DNA of 63,618 nucleotides, the filler included, from Octopus bimaculoides (Eukaryota), in NCBI RefSeq assembly GCF_001194135.2. It is 6 parts of 5 records of this genome, joined end to end, with 100 filler letters (N's around TTAATTAATTAA, not from the genome) between each part and the next. Parts side by side here need not be neighbours in the genome. Positions count along the whole stretch, not along the records: positions 31,040 to 49,305 come from NC_068996.1; positions 49,406 to 57,399 come from NC_068996.1; 4 more parts are not named here. One strand, given 5' to 3'. Shown here one piece after another: positions 40,530 to 52,851 of this stretch. The notes beneath the pieces are model-generated. The model was not told the DNA's origin and did not search any database. It saw only the letters and a program-made list of their open reading frames with translations. Positions within the stretch are counted from its first letter, which is position 1, and each line of letters starts with the position of its first letter. A program made the translations under genes and the position numbers.

Positions 40530-41740
40530 CTTTAACTATATTGCATCTCCATTATGATTGGCTGGTTTATCCCAAATATTACTCCAAAACTTTCTAGCTT
40601 CCTCTGCGTTAGATTTCTCATCTTCAGTACTTCCTTCTCCACTATTTATTTGGTTATAAAACCTCCTCTGGTCTGTCTCAAATAATCTATTCTGCTGATA
40701 CTGATCTATTCTTTTCTGATATCTGGAGAGCTTGTCTGCTACTGCTATGATACAACTCTTCTCACAAACCCTTGTCACAAATCCTTTCTCTTTGACTAAA
40801 TATCTTTTCTCGGGGGGGGGGAGATTTGCATCTTGTGTTTCCTAGCTTGTTGAGTTTCCAGGTTTCTATTCTACCCAGATCTTGTCTTAAAGTTCACTTT
40901 ATCTTGTATTTTTCTTTTCCACATTTGCTTTTTTTAACCTTTACCTGTTAGATATCTAATCTTCTGACAACTACTACCCCTCCTGCAAAGATCAATAAGT
41001 TAGTGTCTTCTATATTTTTAGTATCTATTCTGCTGACAACAGATTCTACTTTCCTAGTCATTTCTAGCAGCTTCCTTCTGTTGGTCCCTTTTAATGCTGG
41101 CAATTTTGTTCTTACTTCTTTACTCATTATTTCCTGCAACTCATCTAAAATCTTCTGATCTTCCTCACTTAAATCACTTAAGTCGGTGGTGCCAGTTGTC
41201 CCTTCCTTGTTGGTAGTGCTATTATTATTTTTTCCTTTAGGTTCTTCTTTGGTTTGAGCTGTATCTCTTTCCTACTGCCTGGTCTTTCTTTTCCAGTTCT
41301 CTTGTGATCTCTTCTACCTCCAATTCTGCCATCCACTTTTTTCTCCTAATAGCATTAGCTTCATCAACTAATCTCTGCTCACTCACTTTAAAGATACCTC
41401 TCTCTATCCAAAGTGTGAACATCCGTTTTCCATAGCCCTTTCTTTTAGGTTCACTTTCTAAGTAGCACTGCATCACAATCCTGTTTTCTTCACTCATCCA
41501 CTTCCTCTTCTTTGCTCTATTAGCTGCTGATGCTGTATTAGGATAACAGCTGTAGTCAGTCTGCATCTTTACTGAACCACTGCCAAACGAGAGGCCTTCT
41601 CTTAAAGGTTCAGTTTCATTTTCGCTTTTACAACCAGTTTTTCGGAAACTCCTGTCTCTCATAAACTTAGGTAAGGTAACTTTCGTCACCATCGTCATCA
41701 CCACTATCATTTCTCGACATCTGAAAGTTTCAAGCAACTT
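40530..41740 (-). mobile_element. R4/Dong-like (RLE-type non-LTR) 5' ORF region, decayed
   Basis: KRKWMSEENRIVMQCYLESEPKRKGYGKRMFTLWIERGIFKVSEQRLVDEANAIRRKKW, then DKLSRYQKRIDQYQQNRLFETDQRRFYNQI...EARKFWSNIW. Multiple frame breaks. Confidence 0.78.
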
Positions 41741-42090
41741 TTTATTACATCAATTGTTGCACCTTTGTGTTGGTGGGGTGGTGTGTGCTGCATTTTTTTT
41801 TTGGTGGGAGCTATATTGTATTGTGTTCTGTTGTATTAGTTTTTTATATTTGTATGTTGTTTGTGTAGCGCAGATTGTGTTCTGTCGGATATCGGCCTTC
41901 TATGGCTCATGTTGTGGGTTTTGCTTATTTTGTTGGTATTTACAGTATGAGTTTATTCTTGTACATTTTTGGAGAGGTGTTGCATAGTAGTGTGTGTGTG
42001 TGTGTGTGTAACTTTTAAATCAACTATTTTATAGTATTTATGATTATCCGTCCGCTGTTCTTTTGCTTGGTTTTGTTATGGGTTCCGTTA

Positions 42091-42149
<59 letters not shown>

Positions 42150-42299
42150 TTTCATTATCATTTTCTTTCAATTCTGTTTCCTTTTCTTACCATATGCCTT
42201 CCTGACACCTAAGGCAGAGACACGCACTGTATACGTTTGTAGGTCATTAAAATAATCACACCAGATTGTTCTATTATTATTATTGCTCAGTAGTTTTTT

Positions 42300-43150
42300 T
42301 TTTTTTTTAACGTGCTTTCACTTCACTACCGAGCGCAGCTCTGTGCGCCTTGGGTATGTGCTGTGGTTTGCTGTGATGCTCTTATGGTTACTGTATTGAA
42401 AGTGTTTTGCGTAGGATGTGTGCAGTGCCCAGTATATATTTGTAAGTCCTGGTGTTTTTGTTATGTATTTGTCTGAATATTCTTTTATTATACCTAAGGC
42501 ACCTACTATGATAGGAATTGTTTCTGTTTTTNNNNNNNNNNNNNNNNNNNNNNNNNNNNNNNNNNNNNNNNNNNNNNNNNNNNNNNNNNNNNNNNNNNNN
42601 NNNNNNNNNNNNNNNNNNNNNNNNNNNNNNNNNNNNNNNNNNNNNNNNNNNNNNNNNNNNNNNNNNNNNNNNNNNNNNNNNNNNNNNNNNNNNNNNNNNN
42701 NNNNNNNNNNNNNNNNNNNNNNNNNNNNNNNNNNNNNNNNNNNNNNNNNNNNNNNNNNNNNNNNNNNNNNNTTAGAAAGCATTTTTTTTCTTCATGATCT
42801 TTGACAACTATATCTGGTCTATTGGCCTTAATTTCTCTATCTGTGTGTATTGGCATATCCCAGAGTATGGTTGCTTTCTCGTTTTCTGTGACCTTTTCTG
42901 GCGTGTGTTTATACCATCTTTTTTCTGTTGTTATTCCATGGTGTTGGCATAGCTTCCAGTGTATATAGGTCCCAGCTCTGTCGTGTCTGTGAATATATTC
43001 CTTCTTAGCCAGGACTGGGCAGCCAGAGATAATATGATTTATTGTTTCTTGTCCATCTCCACATATTCTACAGTTATTTGTTATGTTTCTTTTCATTATA
43101 TGTTTTTGGTAATTTCTGGTGGGGAGGCTTTGGTCTTGTGCAGCAATTAT
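42300..43150 (-). mobile_element. R4/Dong-like non-LTR 3' part (CCHC knuckle plus PD-(D/E)xK endonuclease)
   Basis: AAQDQSLPTRNY...CRICGDGQETINHIISGC...YIHRHD...ILWDMPIHTDREIKANRPDIVV...IPIIVGALG. Both ends abut ATT/AAT repeats. Confidence 0.9.
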
Positions 43151-44209
43151 TATCATTATTATTATGTTTTCATTTTCTTCTTTCTTCAAATTTTCTTCCA
43201 TTTCTCGCCCAGTGTTTTCCGTACACTGCGATTGCCCGAGGCTTGCAGAACGAAATTCCCCGCCATTGCTTTCTTCTTGATAGCTTTAGCACCGAGTACA
43301 ACTGCTCCTTTACACTGTTTAAAATGAAGTTTGTTGTATCTTTTGTTAAAGTCATTTAAATACTGTGCGTTCGATGTTTGTTTTGTTCACGTGTAGAAGC
43401 TTGTTCGTGTTCGAGTGTGAATTGTATAAACATATTTGTTGATGTATAAGTGAAAAACAGCAGTGTTCATGTATGTAGAAATAGGAATGCATATGTGATT
43501 AATTCTTGTACTCACAGTTTTGTTCACAGTTCTGTTGTATACGGATATCGCAGTTTATATTGTTTACACTTTCACGCATGTTTTGCTGTGACAACGCATC
43601 TGGGAGAAACTATGCTTTATATACTTCATATTATGAAAGAGATCTTTTGGTTTCCTGAAATGACTTACATTAAAACATAATTTTCTTACATTGTTTTGCG
43701 GTTTCTTAAAACCTGCTTGGCAATGATCTCAGATTTCACCTTCCCTCACAGGAAGTTCGCTGACACACGTCTACGATGTTCTTTATTCACTGCGAAATTC
43801 GCTTATTATTGTCATCGTCGTCGTCGTCGTCGTTGTTGTTGTTGTTGTTGTTAAGGCGGTATTTCGCCTGTCGCTTCGTTCAGAGTTCAAATTCTGTTGA
43901 GGTTGTCTTTGCTTTCATTCCTCTCGGGGTCGATAAATTAAGTACCAGTGAAATACTGGATCGATTTAATTGACTCGTACCCTCCCCAATATTTCAGGCC
44001 TTGTGCCTATGGTAGAAGGGAGGGATTTTCGTGGTTTTCATCACTGTTTACAATCTTGTTCCAACTCTTGTCAAATTTGGTATATCGATTACGTTTCGTA
44101 TACTAATTATGAAAATTAAATTCATTTTCCCTATAAATCCAAAATTAAAAAGCTATTAGCCTTTAAAATTTACAAACTTTGGGTATTTTAGTCAATCAGA
44201 AGCGAGTAT

Positions 44210-45189
44210 GGATCTTTATGGTTTGACGGGCAACATTTTTTTATGTAGTGTTTTTGGTACCAAAACACTTTCAAACTTCGTATACTTGTATATTTTGTGG
44301 TATAGAACAGATAAAAAATTTTGTATTCGAAGTTATTTCACGTTAAAAATTGTCTTATTTCGATAATTTCAACTAATCACTGACGTCTATTCAGTTGAAT
44401 ACAGTAACTGCTGTGACGGTGTATATGGTATTAATCCCCGTTAGTTCTGACATTTCCGATTAACTAGACTGTTCGTAAACAAAGGGGAAAAAGCCATCAA
44501 AATACTTGAATATTGCCTGCACTTGTTATTGGAGCTACCAGAATTATTAATGCACCTCCACCAAGTGCTTCATNNNNNNNNNNNNNNNNNNNNNNNNNNN
44601 NNNNNNNNNNNNNNNNNNNNNNNNNNNNNNNNNNNNNNNNNNNNNNNNNNNNNNNNNNNNNNNNNNNNNNNNNNNNNNNNNNNNNNNNNNNNNNNNNNNN
44701 NNNNNNNNNNNNNNNNNNNNNNNNNNNNNNNNNNNNNNNNNNNNNNNNNNNNNNNNNNNNNNNNNNNNNNNNNNNNNNNNNNNNNNNNNNNNNNNNNNNN
44801 NNTCTTCTTCAAATCAAACTCTACCATCATTTAGAAAATGTGTTACTGAGTACTAGCGAAAAATTGTTACACACATAAATACGCACAGCGTAATTTATTA
44901 TATAAACAATATATGCGTATAAATTACGATTAAACAGGATGAAATATGTCACAGGGAATAACATTTTTATGACCGGCCAGCACTGACTGTATTCAGCTGA
45001 ATAGACGTCAGTGATTGGTTGAAATTACAGAAATACGACAACTTTAACATGAAATAACTTGCGATGTACAATTTTTTGTTAAGAAGGTTAAGAGAAAAAG
45101 TTGTTTTGTATGACACAGTCTACCAGTGTCCCAAGTTTGAAAATGTTTCGTTAAGAAAACAAGTGTTGCCCGTCAAATCATAAAGATCC
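44210..45189. mobile_element. Non-autonomous DNA transposon, copy 2 of the same family, opposite orientation, different interior
   Basis: TSD GCGAGTAT at 44202-44209 and 45190-45197. Termini GGATCTTTATG at both ends. Both arms match copy 1 closely over about 180 and 235 nt. The interior is partly an N gap (44574-44802). Confidence 0.92.
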
Positions 45190-45699
45190 GCGAGTATTTT
45201 ACACGTCACCGCGGCGAAAATCTCTATTTCCATAGTTACCAAAGATGCTGCGCATGCGCACAAAGAGGTGAAGGTCCTTTGAATATGTACGATGTATTTT
45301 AAGGTGAAATAGTAATTCCGTTTACGTTTGTGTAACTGAGATATTTTGGTTGGATTATATAGTCATTGGTGTTACATTACTTTCTATATTCTATAACTGC
45401 TACAATAAGCTTTTTTTAGGTCTGAAATTTTTGTGGGGAGGGGCCAGTTGATTAGATCGACCCCAATACACAACTGGTACTTAATTTATCGACCCCGAAA
45501 GGACAAAAGGCGAAGTCGACCTCAGCAGAATTTGAACTCAGAACTTAAAGACAGACGGCCATAATATATAAACATTTCTCATGGCACCAGTACACTGTTT
45601 ACAGATACTTACATTTTTTGTTTTCCGTGAAGTTATTATTATCATCATCATCATTATTATTATTATTTCTTCGCTTAACTTCTCCTGAGTAATCTATGT

Positions 45700-46560
45700 C
45701 ACATCTCAGCTCTATCCCACAGCTTAGAGATGCAACACTTTTCTCAACAAATGAGCTGTTCCAAGTATTGCTGCCAACTGAATACTTCCTAAGTTTGGCA
45801 TCTGTAGCTTTTGATGCCAGAACATTGCTTTCTTTGAGATGGCCCCAAGTGCACTGATCACAATAGATACCACACTTACTTTTGAGTCTCTATGGATGCA
45901 TTTCACTTCCAATGCTAGGTCTTGGTACTTCTCGACTTCCTCATTTTTTTGTCTTCACAATATTCTGATCTGCAGGTAAAGCTACGTTGATGAAGGTCCA
46001 TTTTTTGGATTCCTTACGCAAGAGAGTGTTATCTGATCGGTTGTGTCGCAGCTTTTTGTCTGTGTATNNNNNNNNNNNNNNNNNNNNNNNNNNNNNNNNN
46101 NNNNNNNNNNNNNNNNNNNNNNNNNNNNNNNNNNNNNNNNNNNNNNNNNNNNNNNNNNNNNNNNNNNNNNNNNNNNNNNNNNNNNNNNNNNNNNNNNNNN
46201 NNNNNNNNNNNNNNNNNNNNNNNNNNNNNNNNNNNNNNNNNNNNNNNNNNNNNNNNNNNNNNNNNNNNNNNGTGCCCCTTTTGGGCCAGTTTTGAGCATC
46301 CACTGATCATATGTCCAATTGTCTCAGATGACTTTCTACATAATCTATACAAACGTGATACTGCTGTCTTATCAATGCTATTCCTGATTGAGTTGGTTCA
46401 TAAAACTTCTTCTTGAGCAGCAAGAATCAGTCCTTTTACCCCCTTCTTTAAAAAAAACCATGCCTTAATCGTCTCCAAAATTCTTCATCAGCTTCATCTG
46501 ATGTTTGCTGAAAAAAAAAAAACTCACCGTGTAGGACTTTCTCTTTCCATTTGATGATCT
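45700..46560 (-). mobile_element. Second R4/Dong-like 3' fragment
   Basis: YRLCRKSSETIGHMISGCSKLAQ...HNRSD...INVALPADQN...SIVISALGAI...AILGTAHLLRKVL, ending in an (AAT/GAT)n tract. Confidence 0.82.
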
Positions 46561-46934
46561 TTTCTCTATTAATCCTGGAGGATCTCACCATCATCACTGA
46601 TCACCTTCTCACTCAGTGCAGCCTGCAACATACTTTCATCACTATTCCTCAGAAGTGGAATGCTCGGACTTCTCTATACAACCTCTATTCTAAAATATCA
46701 ACTAATACAAATACCTGGCTATGGTGTATCGCGTTACGTCACATATGCAATATCAGCAGTGACGCTGTTTGTTTTATAATTTTAGTAATCTTTTAATCTT
46801 TTACTTCTGTTTGATCGAGTCATTGCATTGATGTCACGCTGGAGCATTGTGTTGACGGTTTCTAGTCAAACAAATCAACTCCATCCCCACAGCACTTATT
46901 TTTTTAAAAAACCGGTTTTCAAACATAACACAGT

Positions 46935-46966
<32 letters not shown>

Positions 46967-47261
46967 AAATGCATGCATATATACATACACACATATGTGT
47001 GTGGGGGTGTATACAGGATAGGCCAAAAGTCACGAACCAAAACATTTGGGATGTGGGTTCGAGTCCCATGGCTGTTTCTTGACAAATTTTTCCGCTTTGT
47101 AAGGGTAATTTACCCAGTATTTCTGCTGTTCTAACGTAAGTTCTGCGTTCGAAAAAACATAATCTTATTTGTATCGTACAATACATATTTCGACGCTTAT
47201 TAAAAAAAACAGATCTCTGTTTATATTTATATACACGTATATGACATTTTATTTATATTAC

Positions 47262-47419
<158 letters not shown>

Positions 47420-49744
47420 NNNNNNNNNNNNNNNNNNNNNNNNNNNNNNNNNNNNNNNNNNNNNNNNNNNNNNNNNNNNNNNNNNNNNNNNNNNNNNNNN
47501 NNNNNNNNNNNNNNNNNNNNNNNNNNNNNNNNNNNNNNNNNNNNNNNNNNNNNNNNNNNNNNNNNNNNNNNNNNNNNNNNNNNNNNNNNNNNNNNNNNNN
47601 NNNNNNNNNNNNNNNNNNNNNNNNNNNNNNNNNNNNNNNNNNNNNNNNNNNNNNNNNNNNNNNNNNNNNNNNNNNNNNNNNNNNNNNNNNNNNNNNNNNN
47701 NNNNNNNNNNNNNNNNNNNNNNNNNNNNNNNNNNNNNNNNNNNNNNNNNNNNNNNNNNNNNNNNNNNNNNNNNNNNNNNNNNNNNNNNNNNNNNNNNNNN
47801 NNNNNNNNNNNNNNNNNNNNNNNNNNNNNNNNNNNNNNNNNNNNNNNNNNNNNNNNNNNNNNNNNNNNNNNNNNNNNNNNNNNNNNNNNNNNNNNNNNNN
47901 NNNNNNNNNNNNNNNNNNNNNNNNNNNNNNNNNNNNNNNNNNNNNNNNNNNNNNNNNNNNNNNNNNNNNNNNNNNNNNNNNNNNNNNNNNNNNNNNNNNN
48001 NNNNNNNNNNNNNNNNNNNNNNNNNNNNNNNNNNNNNNNNNNNNNNNNNNNNNNNNNNNNNNNNNNNNNNNNNNNNNNNNNNNNNNNNNNNNNNNNNNNN
48101 NNNNNNNNNNNNNNNNNNNNNNNNNNNNNNNNNNNNNNNNNNNNNNNNNNNNNNNNNNNNNNNNNNNNNNNNNNNNNNNNNNNNNNNNNNNNNNNNNNNN
48201 NNNNNNNNNNNNNNNNNNNNNNNNNNNNNNNNNNCCCGAGGCTATAACAAAAGACACTTACCGAAGGTACTGCGTAATGGGACTGAAACCACAGCCATAT
48301 GATTGGGAAGCAAGCTGCAAGCTTCTCACCATACAGTTACACCCGCGCCCATATTGCATATTTATTTATTTGGCGAGAGGAGATTCAACAATGCAGTAAA
48401 ATAAATCAAATATCGTGGTAACACGTGCTGAAGAAGCTTAGGCGATTTTTTTTGCCAGTGCAGAAACCGGTCCACGTGAGTCCAAATACTTAAATGTACG
48501 TTAGGAGGTTTTATTAACCTGATCTGCTTTCGGTTGATTTCTGTAGTTATCACCAGTGTATTTTGGCGGTTTAAATAAGAGTTTTGACTGCTATTTCCAG
48601 CAGGTAGACATACTTAGTATGTTCTTTGATTAATTTTAATCCTTCAGCTATTCAATGCTTTTCTCGAGTCTGCAATCGCCTATATTATTGATTCTGTTAT
48701 TATCATTTTTTTTTAAATAGTCATTCTAGATGATAACAAAATTAATATCTTAGCAAATTAATTTTTCGAGAATTATTTTTCTCGTGAATTGTTTGCCCTT
48801 CTATCTTATTCTTTTACCTCCTCTTCTCCCACTATTTTATCCTATTACTCTGTCACTCTCTCTCCTTAATCCTCCTCCCTTGCTCACGTGGCTCCCACAT
48901 GACCATATCGGCCATCTTTCTTACTTCTTTTGTGTTTCTTTCTCTCCGTTGTAGCTGGAACAAGGAAGACGTGTCCTTGCTTATCTCCTGTCCAAGCTTG
49001 ATTTACGCGTTCGCCACCGCGCAACCTCGTTTAGGCTTAGCAGCCCTTCCTGTTTGTTTTCACTGTCTTGTTTGTGTTACCAATGTTGATCCTCCGCATA
49101 TTTTATTTAATTTCCTTTGCGGAAGCAACTATTTTATCGAAAGCGTATATTGTTGTTAAATGCTCGAAATACGAGAGTAGAAAAACATCCAACAACTGAT
49201 GAAGGGTCGTTCTTTATGTTGTTTGCTTTGTTTTCCATTAGTTCCATGTACTCGTGCTTCGGAATTTTTTGTTGTACACGTTCCATGACATCCTGTAGCC
49301 ACATANNNNNNNNNNNNNNNNNNNNNNNNNNNNNNNNNNNNNNNNNNNNTTAATTAATTAANNNNNNNNNNNNNNNNNNNNNNNNNNNNNNNNNNNNNNN
49401 NNNNNTATATATATATTACACTCTAGTGTATTATATCTCATCATCATAACCATCATCATTTAACATCCCTTTTCCATGTCAACATACGTTGGACAGTTTG
49501 GCAGGAGCTGGCAAAGCTGAGAGCTATACCAAGGTCTGTTGTTTGTTTTGGTTTGATGCTCTTCCTAATACCACCCACTTTACAGAGTGCACTGGATGCT
49601 TTTTATGTGACACCAGCACTACTAACAGTATCACCAAGTACCTTGCATGACAAAAGAGGCAAAAACCCTTTGACTGGGAATGGTGCATTTTATTGAGGTG
49701 GATGATTTCATACCAGTGGAGAGATTAAAGGCATATATATGCCT

Positions 49745-50590
49745 GGGAAACCTGATAGTCAGTTGGTGTAATGTATGGTGAATATGGTGGATGACAGAGT
49801 ACTTCCAAGTTCAGTTCCTGTAACTTGAGTAGCGTTCTTTGTGCAACATGTGGTCAAACATTGTCTTGCAAGAGACTTGACCTGCTCTGTTGACCAATCT
49901 TGGTTGTTTAATTGCAAGTTCACTCTTCATTTCATCCAATTGGTTGACGTATACATCTGCTGTAATTGACTTACCAAGTCTCATGAAGCTGTAGTGGATG
50001 ACACTAGCACTAGATCACCAAACAAACACCAATAGCTTTTTTTTGGTGAATATTCTTTTTTGGATTGTGTTTTGGCACTTCATCTCTTCACAACCACCAT
50101 GAAAAATGCTTGCTATATTGAAAAGAATCCATTTTTCATCACACGTAACAATACGATGCATAAATGGTTTGCTTTTATGCTGTGACAGCAAAGAACAGCA
50201 AGTTTCAAGATGATGTGTCATTTGATGCTTGTTCAGTTCCTGTGGCACCCACTTGTCCAGCTTCTTTACCTTGCCGATTTGTTTCAGATGGTCTAATACA
50301 GTTAGAATCGAAACATCAAACCTTGCTGCTAACTTATGCATAGTTTGAGATATATCTGCTTCCACCACAGTTTCCACCTCATCATTATCTACTTTGGTCT
50401 CAGATCTACCACAGGGCTGATATTCAATTGTAAAGTCACCAGACCAGAACTTCTTTAACCATCGATGTACAGTGCACTCATGCGCCACATCTTCTCCAAA
50501 CACCTCATTGATGTTTTGAGTTGTTTGCGATGCATTGGTTCTACAACGAAACTCATATTCATAAACAACACGAATTTTTTATCTATCCAT
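49745..50590 (-). pseudogene. Mariner (D,D34D) transposase fossil
   Basis: MDR*KIRVVYEYEFR...FGEDVAHECTVHRWLKKF...KLDKWVPQELN...RIVTCDEKWIL...VWWSSASVIHY...HPPYSPYITPTDY. Contains stops and frameshifts and is truncated at the 3' end. Confidence 0.92.
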
Positions 50591-51299
50591 GGGTTCACAA
50601 AAATTGATTTACAAGAGAAAACTCACAATATAATCAGACACCATGAATTGCATTTCGAAAAGTGATGATGTAACTCTTCAATGTTGTAAAACAAAGAATT
50701 GTCAGGATAAAACATTAGAGTTAATGACTGTCGAACTTGGTGCATAAGAAAATCGGACATAAAGCCTTGTGACTGAATTTAACAGACAGGAATTCCAATT
50801 GTGTGTGTCTTTGTGCCTGTACTTGTCCCCACCTCCGCTTGGTAACAGGCGTTGGGGTGTTTATGTCCCCTTAGTGTAGCGGTTCAGCAAAAGAGACTGA
50901 TGGAATAAGTATCAGGGTCTAAGAAATAAAACAAGTACTGGGGTCAACTTGTTCAACTAGAAATTCTTGAAGGCAGTGCCCCAGCATGGCCATAGTCTAA
51001 TGACTGAAACAAGCATCTTGAGAATATATATATATATATANNNNNNNNNNNNNNNNNNNNNNNNNNNNNNNNNNNNNNNNNNNNNNNNNNNNNNNNNNNN
51101 NNNNNNNNNNNNNNNNNNNNNNNNNNNNNNNNNNNNNNNNNNNNNNNNNNNNNNNNNNNNNNNNNNNNNNNNNNNNNNNNNNNNNNNNNNNNNNNNNNNN
51201 NNNNNNNNNNNNNNNNNNNNNNNNNNNNNNNNNNNNNNNNNNNNNNNNNNNNNNNNNNNNNNNNNNNNNNNNNNNTATATATATATATATATGTATATT

Positions 51300-51613
51300 C
51301 TCAAGATGCTTACACTCTGTCGAGTATGCACACTGACATTGCACATCCAGTGAAGCATACTAGCTTCATTTCTTTCAAGTTTTCGCTTGTTCTCAGTGGC
51401 CACAGCCCATGTTTCACTGCCATGTAGCGTGGCTGTTTGCACACATGCATTATACAGTCTACTTTTTGCTCTGAGGGAGAGGCCCTTTGTTACTAACAGA
51501 GGTAAGAGCTCTCCGAACTTTGCCCAGCCTATTCTTATTCTAGCAGCTATGCTCTCAGAGCCTTCACCTCTGCTACTGATTTGGTCACCTAGGTAACAGA
51601 AGCTATCAACCAC
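51300..51613 (-). mobile_element. RTE-clade LINE fragment (C-terminal to the RT core)
   Basis: VDSFCYLGDQIS...ARIRIGWAKFGELLPLL...KSRLYNACVQTATLHGSETWAV...KLERNEASMLHWMCNV. Confidence 0.82.
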
Positions 51614-52267
51614 CTTTAGCCTACCCTACTGGCATCTGATGGAATCTCTTTTCTGTGCATTTTAGTGCTAATTGTACCTAGACCTTTGGTGATATGCCAT
51701 ACTTGAGAAGACCTGTCAAACCAAGTGAAATCACAGTCATAGATGATGCCTGTGTTGTGTAACTGGCACATAAAAAGCACCCTTTGAACAATGGGTAATA
51801 GCCTGAGAAGACCTGTCAAGCCAAGTGGAATCATAGCCATGGCTGATGCCAGTGTTGCATACCAGGCACCTGTTCTANNNNNNNNNNTCCCCAGCTTACC
51901 AGTTCCAGTCAGACCCTCTAATCCATGCCAGCATGGAAAACGGACGTTAAATGATGATGAAGTTATATACATATGTGTATATGTATGTGTGTGTGTGTGT
52001 GTTCGTGTGTGTTAAATAAAATGAGACAACAAAACCAAGAGTGTGTGGAATTTATAGAACATTTATAAACAGAAAATACATACTTACAAAAGACCTGCGT
52101 TAGACTCCTCACTCATATTATTATCGAACTGGGAGTTTAACTACGGTCCTTCCATAGCACTTACATAGTGCTACCTGCCATCTTGGGTCTTCTGGATACC
52201 AATACCACTCATATATATATGGAAAAAAGACAAAGTAGAAAATGCTAAAATACTTTTATAAAGAACA

Positions 52268-52309
52268 TTACAGAATCGGTTTTGATCCTTCAGATCTTTT
52301 CAACAGTAA
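52268..52309 (-). ncRNA. Degenerate hammerhead-like fold, probably inactive
   Basis: Minus strand reads TTACTG-TTGAAAA-GATC-TGAAG-GATC-AAAA-CCGA-TT-CTGTAA. It has a U3/A8 core variant, G12 changed to A, and a mismatch in stem I. Confidence 0.4.
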
Positions 52310-52494
52310 ATATGAATAATAGATTTTTGAAAAATTATTGAAAAATTAAATTTTGGTAAATTTAAAAGAAAGGTCTTTTTAAAGACATATTTGTATAGTA
52401 TTCAAATAACAGCGGCATTTTTCTTGCTTCTGCCTGTCTCTGTCTCATTTGTTAACTCTTGTGGGTTCGAAGAAGGACACAAGCTGTGGCATAG

Positions 52495-52531
<37 letters not shown>

Positions 52532-52808
52532 NNNNNNNNNNNNNNNNNNNNNNNNNNNNNNNNNNNNNNNNNNNNNNNNNNNNNNNNNNNNNNNNNNNNN
52601 NNNNNNNNNNNNNNNNNNNNNNNNNNNNNNNNNNNNNNNNNNNNNNNNNNNNNNNNNNNNNNNNNNNNNNNNNNNNNNNNNNNNNNNNNNNNNNNNNNNN
52701 NNNNNNNNNNNNNNNNNNNNNNNNNNNNNNNNNNNNNNNNNNNNNNNNNNNNNNNNNNNNNNNNNNNNNNNNNNNNNNNNNNNNNNNNNNNNNNNNNNNN
52801 NNNNNNNN

Positions 52809-52851
<43 letters not shown>

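Noticed and set aside
47050-47070. GGTTCGAGTCCC B-box as a tRNA gene
   Set aside because: No cloverleaf or A-box context; an isolated SINE-like remnant.
49196-49215. CTGATGAAGGG (also on the minus strand near 6530) as a hammerhead
   Set aside because: No matching CCC-GAAA half was found in the called sequence.
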